Below the pieces are notes generated by a model, which saw nothing but the letters and a program-made list of their open reading frames with translations, was not told the DNA's origin and made no database searches. From the NCBI GenBank assembly GCA_046706685.1, contig JBJKPE010000052.1, forward strand, positions 2,198-66,197: a stretch of DNA of 64,000 nucleotides, in the 5' to 3' direction. The DNA is from Thermodesulfovibrionales bacterium. GTDB lineage: Bacteria; Nitrospirota; Thermodesulfovibrionia; Thermodesulfovibrionales; UBA6898. Each line of letters begins with the position of its first letter. Position 1 is the first letter of the stretch. Shown in pieces: positions 18,801 to 31,162 of this stretch. A program made the position numbers and the translations under genes.

Positions 18801-19768
18801 TCAGTCGGTTTTATGTCGAAGCCGGATTGGACAATGTCAACATGTCGGTATCGAACGGCTTTACTGTGAATTTCGGGGGAAAGCTGTTGTTGAACGGTAC
18901 CCGGACTTCGCGAACGCTCTCCGGGGACATTAATATCAATCGTGCGCGGTACAGGGAGAGGGTTGAGTGGAAAAGCTGGCTTTTAAAAACGAAGAGCCAG
19001 GAGACATACAAAACTGAAATATCAGACATAGAAAAGACGGAGCTTAACATAAGGGTAACAGGAAAGGACAGTATAAGGCTCGACAATAATGTTGCTCGGG
19101 CGGATGTCAGCGCCGACGTGATCATCAGGGGCACAATCTACCGTCCGGTCCTTCTTGGAAGGATCGAGAGCAAGGAGGGTACGGTATACTTCCGTAACAA
19201 CGAGTTCAGGATCACGCATGCGAGCGCCGATTTTTCGGGCACGGAAAGACTGAACCCTTTTTTGTCGATAGCGGCGGAGACGGAAGTAAGCGGGTATAAG
19301 ATCAAAATGAACCTGGAAGGGCAGTTGGACCGCTTTAATGTGTCCCTCTCCTCGGAGGACACTTCGCTGAAGGATATGGATATAATCGCGCTTCTTGCGG
19401 TCGGTCAAACGGAGGGAGAACTGAAGGGGCTGGAGGGCGGCATCGGCGCAAGTGAGGCCACATCCTTTGTGACGGGGAAACTGCAGGACGTGTTCGAGGA
19501 GCGGATGAAGACCATTACCGGCTTCGACAGGTTCCAGATAGACCCTTATGTCTCCAAGAACACGGGGACCATAGAACCGAGGGTGACCGTCTCAAAACGG
19601 TTGCTTGGAGACAAGATGTTCGTCACTTATGCGTCTCCCGTGGGGTCTTCAGAAGAGCAGATAGTAAAACTCGAGTATTTTGTCAGCAGGAAGGTCTCCC
19701 TGATCGGGGTGAGGGATGAGAGGGGGATTGTGGGCGGGGATGTCCGCTTCAGGTTCGAATTCAAGTAG
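15848..19768 (+). CDS. tamB: Translocation and assembly module protein TamB (DUF490)
   Basis: An N-terminal signal-anchor MKKRVLLVFIAVFVVVAAFFL is followed by a long beta-rich body and a DUF490-type C-terminus (KLEYFVSRKVSLIGVRDERG...RFRFEF). I moved the start to the ATG at 15848, which forms an ATGA overlap with the glnD stop. Confidence 0.8.
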   Translation: MKKRVLLVFIAVFVVVAAFFLRGQYISNLLKGLMLPEIEAATGTTAGVRKVYINLFPLYVEADGLTMADPKGGRILSLKKAKAYIELLGFLGRRVEIRRLVIRDPEITTDRAHVREIIDKIRAYEAQKKPGAFKVAVLALEIQNANAGFRDEESGSTTEAGGLSGEMIFGKTDRIRASVRKISVRKDGWPEVAGSADVLLSLSRNKIRISRFKFNSLGSTIRSSGEYAEGRGRVDTDVNLLFSSVKKLFSLNREGSGKIKASGTVAFGGGDVSVDLNLDGNFYIQTLMELLKVKEKIEGLVDIRGRVEGPLKHIRGTGIVTLKNGNLFNVSIDSLTSKVSYADGVMKFTDGSGRIYNGTAKVSASIRLPVVNYYTVAVEFSGIGSKQVFKLIGWDPGIQPGKVNGTLVTEGATFNPEGHFEYKSAGDGKNMLGRISGITGRYAMRDKVLSLDDLKLGTGLSVISARGLADIRNRTLNFDGRLASSDITDLTLPYYRLLTGSGEFAGNVTGTFDDPVIKGHAKIRKPVIKGYEADVLDADFTYAKNLLNVDAMTVRTAAGSLDLKGRVFFTGARELFDLAGAEYSLTSVVRNASLGQFVKIFYPGFKGTGGLSADIKITGKAASPVISGEGTVRHAGIYGVQADSVSFNWDYAGRQMRFENMKIKQGGSMLTMNGRMDDLGNFSYEASSDKILLSDVLSKDIKDIKGDVVFNLRTEGHGTLDSPVISMDAGIIGGFLKGKPVGNGVISARIQDGKISLRATMLNRKILVTASGRLEKELPWDASVEIQPGRYDSLLGAFLKDVPEDLVLNLSGAASLHGDRSHISASAVVKQINLSMYGRSFTGEKDISLRLNDRNLEMKDIALRSGNTSLSIDGNVVLGRQYNVVLEGSSDLAPFKSLSSKIGLLKGNAEFVLSVTGGWDTPQINGGVTIADGSFAMKEYPYRFSSVNGYVYMDNDRIVLQRLSGKVGGGDAVLSGVMYLKRFSVSRFYVEAGLDNVNMSVSNGFTVNFGGKLLLNGTRTSRTLSGDININRARYRERVEWKSWLLKTKSQETYKTEISDIEKTELNIRVTGKDSIRLDNNVARADVSADVIIRGTIYRPVLLGRIESKEGTVYFRNNEFRITHASADFSGTERLNPFLSIAAETEVSGYKIKMNLEGQLDRFNVSLSSEDTSLKDMDIIALLAVGQTEGELKGLEGGIGASEATSFVTGKLQDVFEERMKTITGFDRFQIDPYVSKNTGTIEPRVTVSKRLLGDKMFVTYASPVGSSEEQIVKLEYFVSRKVSLIGVRDERGIVGGDVRFRFEFK

Positions 19769-19829
19769 CGTCTGTTCGTAAAGACTGCCTGAATCACTGG
19801 CAGAGTCTGTATAATGTAAGGCAGGGTTT

Positions 19830-22595
19830 TTGCGGACAGTTGCCCGCGCTGCTCGAAGCCTGATTAATGTGAGTCTTGCGAAAGGTATCGCATTGAAATA
19901 TACGTATACGTTTCTGGTGATAATCTGTTCAGTTTTTTTTATTGTGCGCCCCTCTCCGTGCATAGCCGTTACCGCCGGCAGGGTCGAGATAAAGGGGCTT
20001 CATTCCTTCGGGGAAAAGGAATTTCTCGATGTGTTCGGCATCAGACGGGGAAGTGAGATCGACAGGGAGATAGTCAGCAGAGCCATAAAGACCGCTTTCC
20101 TCAAAGGAGTTTTCGAAGATATCCAGGTGGAGGTCCCCGACGGGGAGAACCCCACAGTCGAAGTGAGGGTCAGGGAGAGGGATTTTATTCGCGATATAGA
20201 CATCCGGGGCGAATACAGACTCTCAAAAAAAATTATAAGAGCCCTTTTTCCTTTAAAAGAAGGTCAAGTCATGAGGTATGATCTGCTTCAGGCCGGAACG
20301 GAAGAACTTCGGATGAGGATCGGGACTTACGGGTTTCCGGAAGCTACGGTAAGAGCAGAAGTCGTGAAAACGGGGCTGCCTTACAGGGTTGACTTAAGAT
20401 TGACTGTGGACACGGGGAAGCCGCTTACAGTCAAAAAGATAGTTGTCAATATCGCTCTTTCCCGGGGAGACCTGGGAAGTCTGACAAAGGATGTCGCGGG
20501 TGTGATGGGCCTGTCCGCCGGCGATATCTACAGGAGAGTAAAGGTTGAAGATGACCTGGAGAGAATAAGGGCTTTCCTCAAGAAACGAGGGTACTATAAG
20601 CCCGTGGTGGGGCCCTATTCTTACGAAGATGGTACCCTGAAGATCGACGTTGAGCCGGGAAAACTGCTGGAACTGAGTTTCCAGGGGAACAGTGCCATTT
20701 CCAGCAGTTCTCTTATAAAGGAACTGCCTTTCTTCGAACTCGGGGACGTGGGGGACGAAGTGGTCGGAGAAGCCATTGACCGTATAGTCTCCCTTTACCA
20801 CAAGGAAGGGTATCCTTTTGCCCGGGTTGCTCCCGTCATCACTTCCGATGAACGGCATATAAAGATAGCCTTTTCCATTTCCGAAGGAGAAAAAATCAAA
20901 GTGGAGTCGTTGGTTTTCCGTCATGCAGGCCTGCCGCAGAAAAGGCTCCTGGATGTATCGCCGGTGAAAGTCGGAGCCGCTTACGATCCGGACGCGCTTG
21001 AGAAGGAAAAGGATTCCCTCACGGAGTTTTACCGTGCCCTGGGATATCTTGACGCAAAAGTGAACGATATAGATACCCGTATTGACAAGGCGAAGGGGGC
21101 CGCGGGGATTATCATCGACATCGATGAAGGAAGGAAGACAGTGATGGAAGCGGTCGACATCACCGGGGTTCAGCCCGGGGTAAGGGACGAACTCCTGAGA
21201 GTTGCCGGCATCAAGGCAGGGGCCCCCTATAACGAGGTCGATATATCCGATGCAAGGCTCAGGATCATTGACTATTACAGCAGCCGGGGTTATGCAAATG
21301 CCGGCGCGGACGTTGAGAGGAGTATTCTGGACCATAAGGCATCCATTACGTTTCAGGTTACGACGGGGGAAGAGTCTTTCTTTGGAAAAACAATCATCAT
21401 CGGCAACGAGAAGACCCGGTACGAGGTATTCAGGAGAGAACTCATCTACAAGGAGGGTCAGCCGTTTGATTCGCGTCTCCTCGCTGAACAGCGGCAGAAA
21501 CTTTACAAGCTGGGACTCTTCAGCGAGGTCGAGGTGCAGACCGTTGCGGCCCCCAGGGGCAGGAAGGACGTTCTGATAAAGGTGACGGAAGGCGACGCCG
21601 GTTCGGTGGAATTCGGCTTCGGGTACGCGGATTACGAGAAATTGAGGGGTTATCTGGAAGTGGGCTACGGAAATCTTTGGGGGATGGACAGGAAGATTTT
21701 GCTGAGGACCGAGATCAGTTCACTCGATAAGAGGTTTATCCTCCAGTATAACGAGCCATGGTTTCTGGGAAGGCCGCTGCCTTTGCGGGCGTTTTTCCTT
21801 TATGAAAACAAACGGGAGTTCAATATTGACAACAAGGAGACGCTTTACAAATTGAGGCGTTATACCCTGACCGCAGGAGTGGAAAAAAAACTGGGCGAGA
21901 ACGTAAAGGGAAACGTTTATTACGAGTTTTCTATAGTCAGGACATCCGATGTGCAGCCCGACGTTGTATTGACGAGGGAAGACACCGGGACCCTCGCTAT
22001 CGGAAGTGTCAAACCGGCGCTGATATATGATACGAGGGACAATCCTTTCAATCCTCAAAAGGGCTTCCTTGCGGGGATTTCGGTGAAGATGGCCTCCCTG
22101 CTCTTTTTTTCCGAAACCAATTTCACCAAACTCGAAGTGTACGGCAGTAACTTCCACAAACTGGGGGGGAGAGTGACACTGGCCCTGGCCTTGAGGGGTG
22201 GGGTGGCCTACAGCTACGGCCAAACCTCTCAACTACCTATAGTTGAGAGGTTTTTTCTCGGCGGCGGGTCTACAGTCAGGGGTTACGCTCAGGACACTTT
22301 GGGGCCTAAAGGCGCCGATGGAAACCCTACTGGAGGCAATGCTTACCTGGTTGGTAATGTCGAACTCAGGACGGATGTCGGCAGGAACATTGGTCTCGTG
22401 CCTTTTTTTGACCTGGGAAATGTGTGGATAAAGGCGGGCGATATCAGCCCTGCCGATCTCAAATATACGGCCGGTCTGGGGCTGCGGTATGGCACCCCGG
22501 TCGGGCCCGTAAGGATCGACTACGGGTTCAAGCTGAATAAAGAACCGGGTGAAAGCAACGGCGAGCTCCACTTCAGTATCGGCCATGCATTCTGA
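19830..22595 (+). CDS. bamA: Outer-membrane protein assembly factor BamA
   Basis: POTRA repeats are followed by a 16-strand-type barrel (VEFGFGY...; GGxxxVRGY). The C-terminal OMP signature ends in F (HFSIGHAF). The true start is uncertain: TTG at 19830 in the track, or an internal GTG/TTG just before the signal peptide LKYTYTFLVIICSVFFIV. Confidence 0.85.
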   Translation: MRTVARAARSLINVSLAKGIALKYTYTFLVIICSVFFIVRPSPCIAVTAGRVEIKGLHSFGEKEFLDVFGIRRGSEIDREIVSRAIKTAFLKGVFEDIQVEVPDGENPTVEVRVRERDFIRDIDIRGEYRLSKKIIRALFPLKEGQVMRYDLLQAGTEELRMRIGTYGFPEATVRAEVVKTGLPYRVDLRLTVDTGKPLTVKKIVVNIALSRGDLGSLTKDVAGVMGLSAGDIYRRVKVEDDLERIRAFLKKRGYYKPVVGPYSYEDGTLKIDVEPGKLLELSFQGNSAISSSSLIKELPFFELGDVGDEVVGEAIDRIVSLYHKEGYPFARVAPVITSDERHIKIAFSISEGEKIKVESLVFRHAGLPQKRLLDVSPVKVGAAYDPDALEKEKDSLTEFYRALGYLDAKVNDIDTRIDKAKGAAGIIIDIDEGRKTVMEAVDITGVQPGVRDELLRVAGIKAGAPYNEVDISDARLRIIDYYSSRGYANAGADVERSILDHKASITFQVTTGEESFFGKTIIIGNEKTRYEVFRRELIYKEGQPFDSRLLAEQRQKLYKLGLFSEVEVQTVAAPRGRKDVLIKVTEGDAGSVEFGFGYADYEKLRGYLEVGYGNLWGMDRKILLRTEISSLDKRFILQYNEPWFLGRPLPLRAFFLYENKREFNIDNKETLYKLRRYTLTAGVEKKLGENVKGNVYYEFSIVRTSDVQPDVVLTREDTGTLAIGSVKPALIYDTRDNPFNPQKGFLAGISVKMASLLFFSETNFTKLEVYGSNFHKLGGRVTLALALRGGVAYSYGQTSQLPIVERFFLGGGSTVRGYAQDTLGPKGADGNPTGGNAYLVGNVELRTDVGRNIGLVPFFDLGNVWIKAGDISPADLKYTAGLGLRYGTPVGPVRIDYGFKLNKEPGESNGELHFSIGHAF

Positions 22596-22647
22596 AGGAG
22601 ACGGCGTCGTAGTGCATCGGCCTGAAGAGAAAGGAAGATAAGGAGAA

Positions 22648-23181
22648 ATGCGGAACAATATGACATTGATGAAGGCCCTGCTTCTTTTCTGCACGGTATT
22701 CATATTCAGCGGCCGGGTTTCCTCCGCCGAAATATTCGACAGGGTGGTGGCGTTTGTCAACAATCAGGCAATAACCCTGAGCGAATTTCAGGAGCAGTAC
22801 AGGAATACGCTGAAAATAGCCCCGGATGTCACCAAAAATGACGTGATCAATACGATGATAAACAGGCTTCTCCTTCTGGATGAGGCGCGGAAATACAGGA
22901 TCGAGGCCTCCACGAAAGATGAAATGGTGAAGGAATACATTGATCTTAAGGTGAGGGCTTTCATTACCGTCGATGAACAGGAAATAGAGGCATTTTATGA
23001 AAAGAACCGAAGCCGGTTTGCGGGGAAGGCATATGAAGATGTGAGAGGGGAGATCGAGAAATACCTAACCGAAAAGAAGCTTAACGAACGGCTGACAGAG
23101 ACCCTCGCCGACCTCAGAAAGAAGGCATATATAAAGATTCAGCTTAAGCCTGAAAATATCTCCGGCTCCCCGTCCCTCTGA
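22648..23181 (+). CDS. SurA N-terminal-domain periplasmic chaperone-like protein (no PPIase domain)
   Basis: It has a signal peptide followed by a SurA_N-like segment (IFDRVVAFVNNQAITLSEFQEQ...). An AAGGAGAA RBS is present. It follows bamA, as is common for skp/surA-type chaperones. Confidence 0.6.
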   Translation: MRNNMTLMKALLLFCTVFIFSGRVSSAEIFDRVVAFVNNQAITLSEFQEQYRNTLKIAPDVTKNDVINTMINRLLLLDEARKYRIEASTKDEMVKEYIDLKVRAFITVDEQEIEAFYEKNRSRFAGKAYEDVRGEIEKYLTEKKLNERLTETLADLRKKAYIKIQLKPENISGSPSL

Positions 23182-23187
23182 CAGGCA

Positions 23188-23385
23188 TCAGGAAATCTTT
23201 TTTCTGAGTTTGCTTGCGTAATCGGAGGCGTAGTCCCTCGCGTCTTCAGCGAGGTCGGCTATTTTACCCCTCGTTTTTTTCCCCGACTGCGGAGCAAACA
23301 GCAGTGCCATACCGGCCCCGACAATACCGCCTACCAGGAAGGAAATAAGCACAGCAGCTCTGCTACTTTCGTCATCGTGGAACAT
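23188..23385 (-). CDS. YtxH-domain protein
   Basis: The 65-aa protein shows the hallmark GGIVGAGMALLFAPQSGKKTR. Confidence 0.7.
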   Translation of the reverse strand: MFHDDESSRAAVLISFLVGGIVGAGMALLFAPQSGKKTRGKIADLAEDARDYASDYASKLRKKIS

Positions 23386-23525
23386 TTCAGCCTCCTTTGA
23401 ACCTTTTGATTAAAGACTATCATCAACTCTGAGAAAGGTCAACGGCAAGCCAATTTATTTGGCATAGCTTTTACATAGCCTTCGAAATCTGTTATATTTC
23501 AAGATACTTATCTGGGAGAACGCAA

Positions 23526-24434
23526 ATGGGAATTCTGGACTGTATCGGAAATACACCTCTTGTGAAGCTGGAGGTTTTGAACCCCAAGTCACGGGTCACG
23601 ATCTTCGCCAAGCTGGAGGGCAATAACCCGGGGGGCTCCGTCAAGGACAGGATCGCCTTTTACATGGTCAGGGACGCGGAGGAGTCGGGGCGTCTAAGAA
23701 AGGGTGATACGATTCTTGAGGCGACTTCGGGCAATACGGGAATAGGTCTGGCGATGGTCGGAGCGGCCAGGGGTTACAGGGTTAAGCTGGTCATGCCGGA
23801 ATGCGTGAGCCTGGAACGCAGGAAGGTGCTGGAGGCCTTCGGGGCAGAAGTGGTTTTGAGTCCGGGGAAGGAAGGTACCGACGGCGCTATCAAAATGGCG
23901 CACAGGATGATGGCCGAGTCTCCGGACGGGTATTTCATGCCGAACCAGTTCGACAACCAGTCCAATATCAAGGCCCATTATGAGACGACCGGCAGGGAGA
24001 TAATCGAGCAGACGGGCGGCGATTTCGACGTCTTCGTGGCCGGCATGGGGACAACAGGTACCTTGATGGGGGCCGGCAGAAGGATCAAAGAGTTCGATAA
24101 AAGAATAAGGATCGTCGGGGTTGAGCCTTTTCTGGGCCACAGGGTCCAGGGGCTGAAGAACATGAAGGAATCGATTGTGCCGAAAATATACGACCCGTCG
24201 GCGCTTGACGAGAAGATAAATGTGAATGATGATGATGCCTTCGGAACGACAAGGATGCTAGCCGTGAAGGAAGGGATTTTCGCCGGCATGAGCAGCGGCG
24301 CCGCTGTGGCCGGTGCTCTTAAAATAGCCGGTCAGATGGACAGGGGCAGGATAGTGGTGATCCTGCCTGACCGGGGGGACAGGTACCTCAGCACGGCATT
24401 GTTCACGTCCGTCTGCGCCAAGTGCCCGCCATGA
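23526..24434 (+). CDS. Cysteine synthase (CysK/CysM family, PLP-dependent)
   Basis: It carries the PLP lysine context NPGGSVKDR and the TSGNTG loop. At 302 aa I cannot tell whether it is A-type or B-type. Confidence 0.85.
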   Translation: MGILDCIGNTPLVKLEVLNPKSRVTIFAKLEGNNPGGSVKDRIAFYMVRDAEESGRLRKGDTILEATSGNTGIGLAMVGAARGYRVKLVMPECVSLERRKVLEAFGAEVVLSPGKEGTDGAIKMAHRMMAESPDGYFMPNQFDNQSNIKAHYETTGREIIEQTGGDFDVFVAGMGTTGTLMGAGRRIKEFDKRIRIVGVEPFLGHRVQGLKNMKESIVPKIYDPSALDEKINVNDDDAFGTTRMLAVKEGIFAGMSSGAAVAGALKIAGQMDRGRIVVILPDRGDRYLSTALFTSVCAKCPP

Positions 24435-24441
24435 TCAGTCG

Positions 24442-24852
24442 TCACCTGGGGTAGTATTCTCTTTTTTCCGCCGGCATGATACACGTCAGGATCATGCTCA
24501 CAAGACTTACGATAAGAGCCCCGAGAAAAGCAGGTTTGAAACCGGCAACCGCAAACCCGAGGCTGAACTGTTCAGAGAGCCAGGAAGTGAAGCTCAGCAT
24601 CAGGGCGTTTATTATGAGGGTGAAGAGGCCGAGGGTCACGACGAGGAGAGGCAGCATGAAGAGTTGAATGAGCGGCCTGATATATGTATTTACCAGCCCA
24701 AAAATGACCCCCACAATCAGTATGCCCCACCAGCCTCCGCTATAGATGATCCCGGGGACCAGTTTCACCGCGACCATTATGGCTATCGTGTTGATAAGCC
24801 ACCGGATGAGAAAAATTTTCACGTGTGCATGGTCGGGGGACCTAAAGACCAT
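24442..24852 (-). CDS. Phage-holin-4/DUF360 (YvlD-like) family membrane protein
   Basis: It has four hydrophobic helices and the family-typical N-terminus (LIRWLINTIAIMVAVKLVPGI...GLVNTYIRPL). It overlaps the ubiD-like stop by 11 nt. Confidence 0.65.
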   Translation of the reverse strand: MVFRSPDHAHVKIFLIRWLINTIAIMVAVKLVPGIIYSGGWWGILIVGVIFGLVNTYIRPLIQLFMLPLLVVTLGLFTLIINALMLSFTSWLSEQFSLGFAVAGFKPAFLGALIVSLVSMILTCIMPAEKREYYPR

Positions 24853-26305
24853 ATTCTTTCCATCTTGAATCGACCAGTTTCCTTATTTCCTCCGACATGA
24901 AAAGCTCCTCGGGCCAGTCTCTCATCATGCCTTCCTCGCGGGTCTTCCGCGTAGCGTCGATGCCCATCTTCGATCCGTAGCGGGGCCAGTTGGCGGCATG
25001 ATCAAGTGCATCGAGCGGCCCGTCGGCGAATACCGTGTCCCGCTTCCAGTCCACGTTGTTGAGTACCCGCCACGCGGTATACGAGAGGTCCTGGACGTCA
25101 ACGTCATCGTCCACTACAATGAGCAGCTTTGCAAACATCATCTGTCCTTTGCCCCACAAGCCGTGTATGATCTTTTTTGCATGGCCGGGATAACTCTTTT
25201 TGATCGAGATTATCGCGAAGTTGTGAAAGACGCCCTCCATGGGCAGATTGATATCCCTGATCTCCGGGAAATCGAGGCGTATGAGCGGAAGAAATATGCG
25301 TTCCGTCGCCTTTCCCATGTAACAGTCTTCCATGGGAGGTTTTCCTACAAGAGTGGCCGGGTAGGTCATGTCTTTCCGGTGGGTTATACAGGTTACATGG
25401 AAGACAGGGTAGGGTTCGGCCGGAGAATAGAACCCGGTGTGATCGCCGAAGGGTCCCTCTGTGCGGGCTTCGCCGGGATCGAGATAGCCCTCGATCACGA
25501 GTTCGCTGTTGGCAGGAACTTCTATTTCTGAAGTCACACATTTCACCATCTCTACCGGAGATCTCCTCAGGAAACCGGCAAACAGCATCTCGTCAACAGC
25601 CTCCGGGAGCGGTGCGCTCGCCGCGTATATTACGGCTGGGTCGCTGCCCACGGCGATTGCAGCCGGCATGGATTTTCCCAGTTTAGCGTATTTTTCGTAA
25701 TGGCGGGCGCCATCCTTGTGTATGTGCCAATGCATCCCTGTGGTCTTCTTGTCATAAACATGTATGCGGTACATCCCGCAGTTCTGACGGCCTGTCTCCG
25801 GGTCTTTTGTAAAGACCATGGGGAGAGTAATGAAACGGCCCTCGTCTCCGGGCTGCCCGTCTTGGGGCCAGCACTTGATAATCGGGAACTTCCCCAGATC
25901 AGGGTCCGTCCGCTCTACCACTTCCTGACAGCGCGCATTTTTCACCTGTTTGGGGAAGTACTTTGAGAACTCAAGAAGTTTCGGCAGCAACGAAATCTTC
26001 TCTATCAGACCTTTGGGCGGGGCCTGTTTAAGGAGGTCCTCTATTCTGTCGGCTACTTCATTGAGATCACTTACCTCAAGGGCCAGACACATCCTTTCAA
26101 AGGAGCCGAAAAGGTTAGTTGCGACAGGATATGCCGAACCCTTGACCTTATCAAAAAGAAGGGCCTTCCCGCCTCCCGGCGATTTGGACATCCGGTCCGT
26201 GATCTCAGAGATTTCGAGTATTGGATCCACCTGGGTCTTAACATGAACAAGAAGTCCTTTGTTTTCCAAGATTTTAATAAACTCCGTCAGATCTCTGTAT
26301 GCCAT
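24842..26305 (-). CDS. UbiD-family (prenyl-FMN dependent) decarboxylase, menaquinone/ubiquinone-type
   Basis: It begins MAYRDLTEFIKILENKGLLVHV..., the classic UbiD N-terminus. I moved the start to the ATG at 26305, which has a GGGAGG RBS. The upstream 163 codons of the track ORF are antisense to ihfA. Confidence 0.85.
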   Translation of the reverse strand: MAYRDLTEFIKILENKGLLVHVKTQVDPILEISEITDRMSKSPGGGKALLFDKVKGSAYPVATNLFGSFERMCLALEVSDLNEVADRIEDLLKQAPPKGLIEKISLLPKLLEFSKYFPKQVKNARCQEVVERTDPDLGKFPIIKCWPQDGQPGDEGRFITLPMVFTKDPETGRQNCGMYRIHVYDKKTTGMHWHIHKDGARHYEKYAKLGKSMPAAIAVGSDPAVIYAASAPLPEAVDEMLFAGFLRRSPVEMVKCVTSEIEVPANSELVIEGYLDPGEARTEGPFGDHTGFYSPAEPYPVFHVTCITHRKDMTYPATLVGKPPMEDCYMGKATERIFLPLIRLDFPEIRDINLPMEGVFHNFAIISIKKSYPGHAKKIIHGLWGKGQMMFAKLLIVVDDDVDVQDLSYTAWRVLNNVDWKRDTVFADGPLDALDHAANWPRYGSKMGIDATRKTREEGMMRDWPEELFMSEEIRKLVDSRWKEYGL

Positions 26306-26404
26306 TCGGGCCTCCCGTGCGTTGAAAATATATATTAACATATCGAAAAAGCCGATAAAAAAAGAGAAAAAAGAGTAACTACGGGAAATTAAACTGAAAT
26401 CTTC

Positions 26405-26433
26405 TTGACAATAGTCTATGTCCTTAATATAAT
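26405..26433 (+). promoter_or_regulatory. Consensus sigma-70 promoter for ihfA-merR
   Basis: TTGACA (26405-26410), exactly 17 nt of spacer, then TATAAT (26428-26433). It lies about 30 nt upstream of the ihfA ATG. Confidence 0.6.
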
Positions 26434-26464
26434 TAAGAAAATTTGTTCGGGGGTAAAAGAGGAG

Positions 26465-26749
26465 ATGACGAAAGCCGAACTGGTAGATGCGATATTTGAA
26501 AAATTGGGTCTGTCCAAGAAAGAGGCTCAGGATATAGTAGAGATCCTCTTCGATACGATGAAGCAGACCTTCGCTGAGGGCGAGTCCGTGAAGATTTCCG
26601 GGTTCGGGACATTTAACGTGAGAAAAAAGATGGCCCGCAGAGGACGCAATCCCAAGACCGGCCAGGACCTTGAGATATCGCCCAGAAGGGTGATTACATT
26701 CAGGGTGAGCAATCAACTGAAGGAAGAGATAGAGAAACTGGATGCATAA
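26465..26749 (+). CDS. ihfA: Integration host factor subunit alpha
   Basis: MTKAELVDAIFEKLGLSKKEA...GFGTF..R.K..R.GRNPKTG..L.I...RVITFR closely parallels E. coli IhfA. I moved the start to the ATG at 26465, after an AAGAGGAG RBS. Confidence 0.85.
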   Translation: MTKAELVDAIFEKLGLSKKEAQDIVEILFDTMKQTFAEGESVKISGFGTFNVRKKMARRGRNPKTGQDLEISPRRVITFRVSNQLKEEIEKLDA

Positions 26750-27134
26750 ATCGGCAGGCCAAGCCTTAAAACCAGGTCTCCCTGTGCCGGACAAACTTTT
26801 TTACAAGATTGGCGAGGTGAGCAGGATTACCGGCGTCGAGCCCTATGTTCTGAGATACTGGGAGACGGAGTTTCCCTTTCTTAAACCGAGGAAAAATAAA
26901 TCGGGCCAGAGAGTATATATAAAAAAAGATCTGGAATTGGTCCTGCAGATAAAGAAAATGTTGTATCATGAACGGTATACTATAGAGGGTGTGAGGAAAA
27001 GATTTGGTGAAGGCATCCTGAAACCGGAGAGCAAGAAGATTTACGAAGACAGAAAGAGAGACCTCAAGAATCCCGCCGAAGCGGTAGAGTTTGTTAAGCA
27101 GAGACTTCGGGAAATCCTCTCACAGTTTAAATAA
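26742..27134 (+). CDS. MerR-family transcriptional regulator
   Basis: The MerR HTH reads YKIGEVSRITGVEPYVLRYWETEF. It overlaps ihfA by 8 nt, and the ihfA-merR pair is a recurrent arrangement. Confidence 0.85.
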   Translation: MHKSAGQALKPGLPVPDKLFYKIGEVSRITGVEPYVLRYWETEFPFLKPRKNKSGQRVYIKKDLELVLQIKKMLYHERYTIEGVRKRFGEGILKPESKKIYEDRKRDLKNPAEAVEFVKQRLREILSQFK

Positions 27135-27136
27135 AT

Positions 27137-27213
27137 CGGGGCGTAGCGCAGCCTGGTAGCGCACTCGCTTGGGGTGCGAGTGGTCGCCCGTTCAAATCGG
27201 GTCGCCCCGACCA
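27137..27213 (+). tRNA. tRNA-Pro (anticodon GGG)
   Basis: I folded the cloverleaf by hand. The stems are acceptor CGGGGCG/CGCCCCG, D stem GCGC/GCGC, anticodon stem CTCGC/GCGAG and T stem GCCCG/CGGGT. The anticodon loop is TTGGGGT, the T loop is TTCAAAT, and the CCA end is encoded. Confidence 0.9.
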
Positions 27214-27268
27214 CTAAAATCTGCGGCGCTTTTTCTCCTGCTGGAAACGGGGAAAAGGCGTCTGCAGG

Positions 27269-27298
27269 TTGACTTTTGTCGGCGGTTTATTCTTTAAT
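27269..27298 (+). promoter_or_regulatory. Possible sigma-70 promoter for rplU-rpmA
   Basis: TTGACT (27269-27274), an 18-nt spacer, then TTTAAT (27293-27298). It lies about 25 nt upstream of the rplU start. The -10 element is imperfect. Confidence 0.3.
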
Positions 27299-27321
27299 AT
27301 CAATTCGGAGGTGACAAGAAC

Positions 27322-27636
27322 ATGTATGCAGTTATAGAAAGCGGAGGCCAGCAGTTCAGAGTATCGCCAGGCGATACGATCCAGGTGCAGAAGTTGCCGG
27401 TGACTGAAAAGGAAATCAATCTGGAGAAGGTTCTGGTTGTATCGAAGGATGACCATGTGCAGATCGGGAAGCCTTATGTAGCCAAGGCCAGTGTGACGGC
27501 TGAGGTCGTGGGCGATGTGAAGTCCCGCAAGGTTCTGGTTTACAAGCAGAAGCCGAGGAAAGGTTATAGGAAACTGAACGGCCACAGGCAGAGTTTTACG
27601 GTGCTGAAAATAAAAGATATAGTCTTCGGAGGATAG
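27322..27636 (+). CDS. rplU: 50S ribosomal protein L21
   Basis: [18 protein letters not shown]... is the canonical L21 N-terminus. The protein is 104 aa. Confidence 0.95.
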   Translation: MYAVIESGGQQFRVSPGDTIQVQKLPVTEKEINLEKVLVVSKDDHVQIGKPYVAKASVTAEVVGDVKSRKVLVYKQKPRKGYRKLNGHRQSFTVLKIKDIVFGG

Positions 27637-27637
27637 T

Positions 27638-27901
27638 ATGGCACACAAAAAGGGAGTCGGAAGTTCGAGGAACGGACGCGACAGTAATTCGCAGCGTCTC
27701 GGGGTCAAGAGGTTCGGAGGAGAGACGGTGAAGGCCGGGAATATACTCGTGCGCCAGAGGGGAACCAAGTTCCATCCGGGCACTAATGTCGGAAAGGGCT
27801 CTGACGACACACTTTTTGCGCTTGTCGACGGCGTTGTCAGTTTTGAGAGGAAAGACAGGGAGAGATTGAAGATAAGCGTACATCCGACCGCTCAGGCATA
27901 G
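27638..27901 (+). CDS. rpmA: 50S ribosomal protein L27
   Basis: [24 protein letters not shown]... is the canonical L27 N-terminus. It starts 1 nt after rplU. Confidence 0.95.
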   Translation: MAHKKGVGSSRNGRDSNSQRLGVKRFGGETVKAGNILVRQRGTKFHPGTNVGKGSDDTLFALVDGVVSFERKDRERLKISVHPTAQA

Positions 27902-27924
27902 GAACGATATAATAAAAAAAAATG

Positions 27925-27957
27925 AAGGCAGATCGGGGTCTGCCTTTTTTTATTTTT
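27925..27957 (+). terminator. Rho-independent terminator after rpmA
   Basis: A hairpin aaggcaga-tcgggg-tctgcctt is followed by tttttattttttt. Confidence 0.75.
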
Positions 27958-28102
27958 TGAGCGGCGGGCCTGGACTGAAGCTGCCTCTCGCTTTTTAAAA
28001 GACCGTGAAAGATGAATAATAAGATTCCGGCCTGTCAGCTTGAAAGCCTGCCTCCAATATGATCCTGCTGCCGGTACTCTGTTTGAAAGCCCTGAAAAGT
28101 GA

Positions 28103-31079
<2,977 letters not shown>

Positions 31080-31162
31080 GGGGCTATTATAGTTTAAGCC
31101 CCCGAGGTTTGTGAACAGGACTCTTTGAATATTTTCGACAGTAGTGTTTTATTATAATAATA

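Noticed and set aside
26306-26794. 163-codon N-terminal extension of the UbiD ORF in the track
   Set aside because: The canonical UbiD N-terminus (MAYRDLTEFIK) with a GGGAGG RBS starts at 26305. The extension runs antisense through ihfA and its promoter.
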